This document shows positions 61,635-64,000 of a DNA stretch of 64,000 nucleotides, piece by piece. The position numbers and the translations under genes were made by a program. The DNA comes from Macrostomum lignano (taxonomy: Eukaryota): contig NIVC01001615.1 of assembly GCA_002269645.1 (NCBI GenBank), positions 124,001 to 188,000 on the forward strand. The letters run 5' to 3'. Below the pieces are notes generated by a model. That model was not told the DNA's origin. It saw nothing but the letters and a program-made list of their open reading frames with translations, and ran no database searches. The first letter of the stretch is position 1, and the number at the start of each line of letters is the position of its first letter.

Positions 61635-62501
61635 ATGGCCAAATCAGAGCAAGCCAGTTTATTGCCTCCAAAGTTCAGCGGCGACTCCAACGTGAGAATG
61701 TGGCTCAGCACGTTTGAAGACTTCGCCGACGACTGCGAATGGGACGACAAGAAGAAGGCAAAGAAGCTGAGACTGCTGGTGACAGGAGAAGAGCAAATCT
61801 TCGTCTGGGAGCAGCCGGCAGACGTGTCAGTCAGCTATGAAAAGCTGAAGGAGAAGCTGATCGAGTGTTTTGGCAACGGTCTGAGCTGCTACAGAGCAAT
61901 GGAGGAGTTTGAAGAGCGAAAGCGACAGCCCAACGAGTCGCTGAGGGAGCTCGCCTACAGCCTGAAGCTTCTCCACCTTCGGGCCCGCCTGGACGACTCC
62001 GTGGCGGCTCGGGAAAAGGACGTGAAGTTTCGCCTGATGCGCCTCCTGCCATCTGCCGTGAGAGATGCACTGTTGAAGGACCAGGACGCGGACTCGTGTT
62101 CGCTGACCGCTATCGTCGACAGAGCTGCGCAGCTTGAGCTGGTGAGCCACGCAACTACAGCCCCATCAGCCGCAGTGTCGGTAGAAGACAGACGGCTGAG
62201 CCAGCTGGAGCAGCAGATGCAGCAGCTGACAGCCAGCGTGCGAACGGGACAACCCGGAAGAGACAGGCGTCAGAAGGGACCCATTAAGTGCTTCAGCTGC
62301 GGCGAGCCGGGTCACATCGCTAGGCGGTGCCCAAAGACGATCGACAGCCGCTGCAGCCGGTGCTCAGGCAAGGGTCACTCCGCCGCGGTGTGCCCGACAC
62401 CAACTAGACAGCCGCAGGGAAACTTCCGAGGGTCGGCAGCCTGGGGCCAGCACCGAACCGCTCAAAAGAAGCCCTCAGATCAGCGCCTTCAGTCTTCGTG
62501 A
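61635..62501 (+). CDS. Gypsy gag, 288 aa, two CCHC zinc knuckles
   Basis: PPKFSGD..WL..FE; RKRQPNESLRE; CFSCGEPGHIARRC and CSRCSGKGHSAAVC. Confidence 0.92.
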   Translation: MAKSEQASLLPPKFSGDSNVRMWLSTFEDFADDCEWDDKKKAKKLRLLVTGEEQIFVWEQPADVSVSYEKLKEKLIECFGNGLSCYRAMEEFEERKRQPNESLRELAYSLKLLHLRARLDDSVAAREKDVKFRLMRLLPSAVRDALLKDQDADSCSLTAIVDRAAQLELVSHATTAPSAAVSVEDRRLSQLEQQMQQLTASVRTGQPGRDRRQKGPIKCFSCGEPGHIARRCPKTIDSRCSRCSGKGHSAAVCPTPTRQPQGNFRGSAAWGQHRTAQKKPSDQRLQSS

Positions 62502-63748
62502 AGGTGCACTTTGGCAGCGTGTCAGCGCCTGCTCTGCTCGACACCGGCGCGCAAGTTTCGTTGATGGACAAGTTGCTGTTCGACAGATTGCCGTGCAAGA
62601 TAGACTCCACCGACATCGGTGCGCTGCCGATGGATGTCGACGGATCCCGGCTGCGCTGCCTTGGCCTGTCAGCAGCGGATGTTTCGATCGGCCAGACTAT
62701 CCGCGTGCGCCATCGCTTCACAGTCGTGGATGGCATCCAGCCAGGCTGATCATCGGCATGAAATTCATCGGCGAGGTGTCGCAGGCGATGACCATCGACA
62801 TTAAAGAAGGCGTCGTAAAGTTTGACAGCACAGCTGTGCCTTTCAGCAGCGAGCCGGCTCGAGCAGACTGTCGCCTGGTGCCGAGTGTCCTGGTGGCGCG
62901 TGTGGCGGCAACTACGGAGCTGCCCGCCCGCAGCGAGGTGGCTCAAGGTGGATTCCAGCGACGAGCAGGGAGTCTTTGAGCCGTCTGAGGACTTCGTGAA
63001 GTCCACCGCCGTCCTGCCGGCCCGCGTGCTGGCGGTCTCGGACGGCTGCCGCATCCCGGTGAAAATGTGCAACCTGGCAGAGGAGCCCGTGCTGCTGTAC
63101 GCCAACAAGGCGGTCGGCACGTTCGAAGGCGCGATGACAGACGGGGACGGTCGCCAGGAGGCGGCCCAGGAGACCCCCATCGGTTGGAACATCAACGCGG
63201 AGCTGCCGGAATCGGATGCTGCGAGGCTGCGACAGCTGCTGGAGCGCAACGAGGGCCTGTTGTTCGCCAGGCACGAGTACGACCTGGGCACGACGGCGTT
63301 GCTGCAGCACCAGATCGAGCTGGAGCCGGGAGCGCGGCCACACCGGCAGGTTCCGCGCCGGCTGCCGCTGTCTGTGCGAGACCAAGTGGACAGGAAGATC
63401 AGCCAGATGCTTGACAGCGGCATCATCGAGCCGTCGACAGCGCCATGGGCCAGCAACCTGCTGGTGGTACGCAAGAAGAACGGCGACATCAGACTGTGCA
63501 CGGACTGGCGGAAGCTCAACGCCTGCACCGTCACGGACGCGTACCCGCTACCGCACCTGCAGCGCTTGTCGGATGCTCCTGGTTCTCCACCATCGACTGC
63601 CGGCAGGGCTACCACCAGGTGTAGGTGGCGGAGGAGGACCGGTACAAGACGGCCTTCTATTCGACGTGCGGCCTGATGCAATTCTGCAAGATGGGCTTCG
63701 GAATGTGCAACGCCCCAGCGACTTTCCAGCGGCTCATGGCCTTCTGAA
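62498..63748 (+). pseudogene. Gypsy pol remnant (protease - dUTPase-like linker - RT N-half), frameshifted and truncated
   Basis: LLDTGAQVSL protease; LDSGIIEPSTAPWASNLLVVRKKNGDIRLCTDWRKLN...DAYPLP RT; stop at 62747-49 and frame shifts; RT ends abruptly at a LINE fragment. Confidence 0.88.
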
Positions 63749-64000
63749 CCGGGTCCGAATCCGGGCTACAAAGCAGCTCGTCCATGACTAAATTCCAGAG
63801 AATCATGCTGAGGACTCCACCTTGCGGTCTGCCTTTCTAGACCTCCTGGGAGTGACCCTCCCGGTCGATTTATATCCCTGGCGATGGTCCCGCGGTTCCA
63901 CCCGACCTCACCTCCCTCGTGGACTACTGCTCTGACCGCAGGTTCGAGCTGCTGGTGGCGGGCGACGCCAACGCCCACCACACCCACTGGGGGCAGTAAT
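63749..64000. mobile_element. LINE fragments of the same family as 24655-26795: RT motif on the minus strand (63749-63846) joined to an APE endonuclease on the plus strand (63865-64000)
   Basis: GCAGCTCGTCCATGACTAAATTCCAGAGAATC is shared with ~26429-26460. The plus strand reads SIYIPG...LLVAGDANAHHTHWGSN. Confidence 0.85.

Noticed and set aside
62404-63681. 425-aa minus-strand ORF
   Set aside because: Antisense shadow of the GC-rich Gypsy pol.

Overview
Eukaryotic (animal) genomic DNA. GC-rich exons, minisatellite-packed GT-AG introns and many degenerate transposons resemble a Macrostomum-type flatworm genome; this organism call is inference, not verified. Splice models were built by hand and checked for frame. 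Genes: a Tctex1-domain dynein light chain head-to-head with a small orphan gene; a Ca2+-independent synaptotagmin-like tandem-C2 gene; an intronless, truncated Vav-like gene (CH-DH-PH-C1, no SH2/SH3); a 71-aa PP1-docking (RVxF) micro-ORF behind a TATA/Inr promoter; an XLF/NHEJ1 homologue; a 7-exon CYP20A1 orthologue; and two paralogous BIR-like genes. Both BIR-like proteins lack the canonical His ligand and share a C-x2-C-x3-C-x17-C pattern plus an unrecognised C-terminal region. One is intronless; the other has 3 exons and a piggyBac inserted just after a splice donor. Mobile DNA: a decayed piggyBac with TTAA TSDs, a foldback element and a hAT MITE with perfect 8-bp TSDs, two TTAA-flanked long-TIR MITEs, two Gypsy remnants, and RTE-like and RNase H-bearing LINE fragments. 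About 20 tandem arrays are present. Several are built from functional motifs (5' splice sites, branch point + 3' splice site, tRNA B-box). Most long ORFs in the supplied track are repeat translations, not genes.
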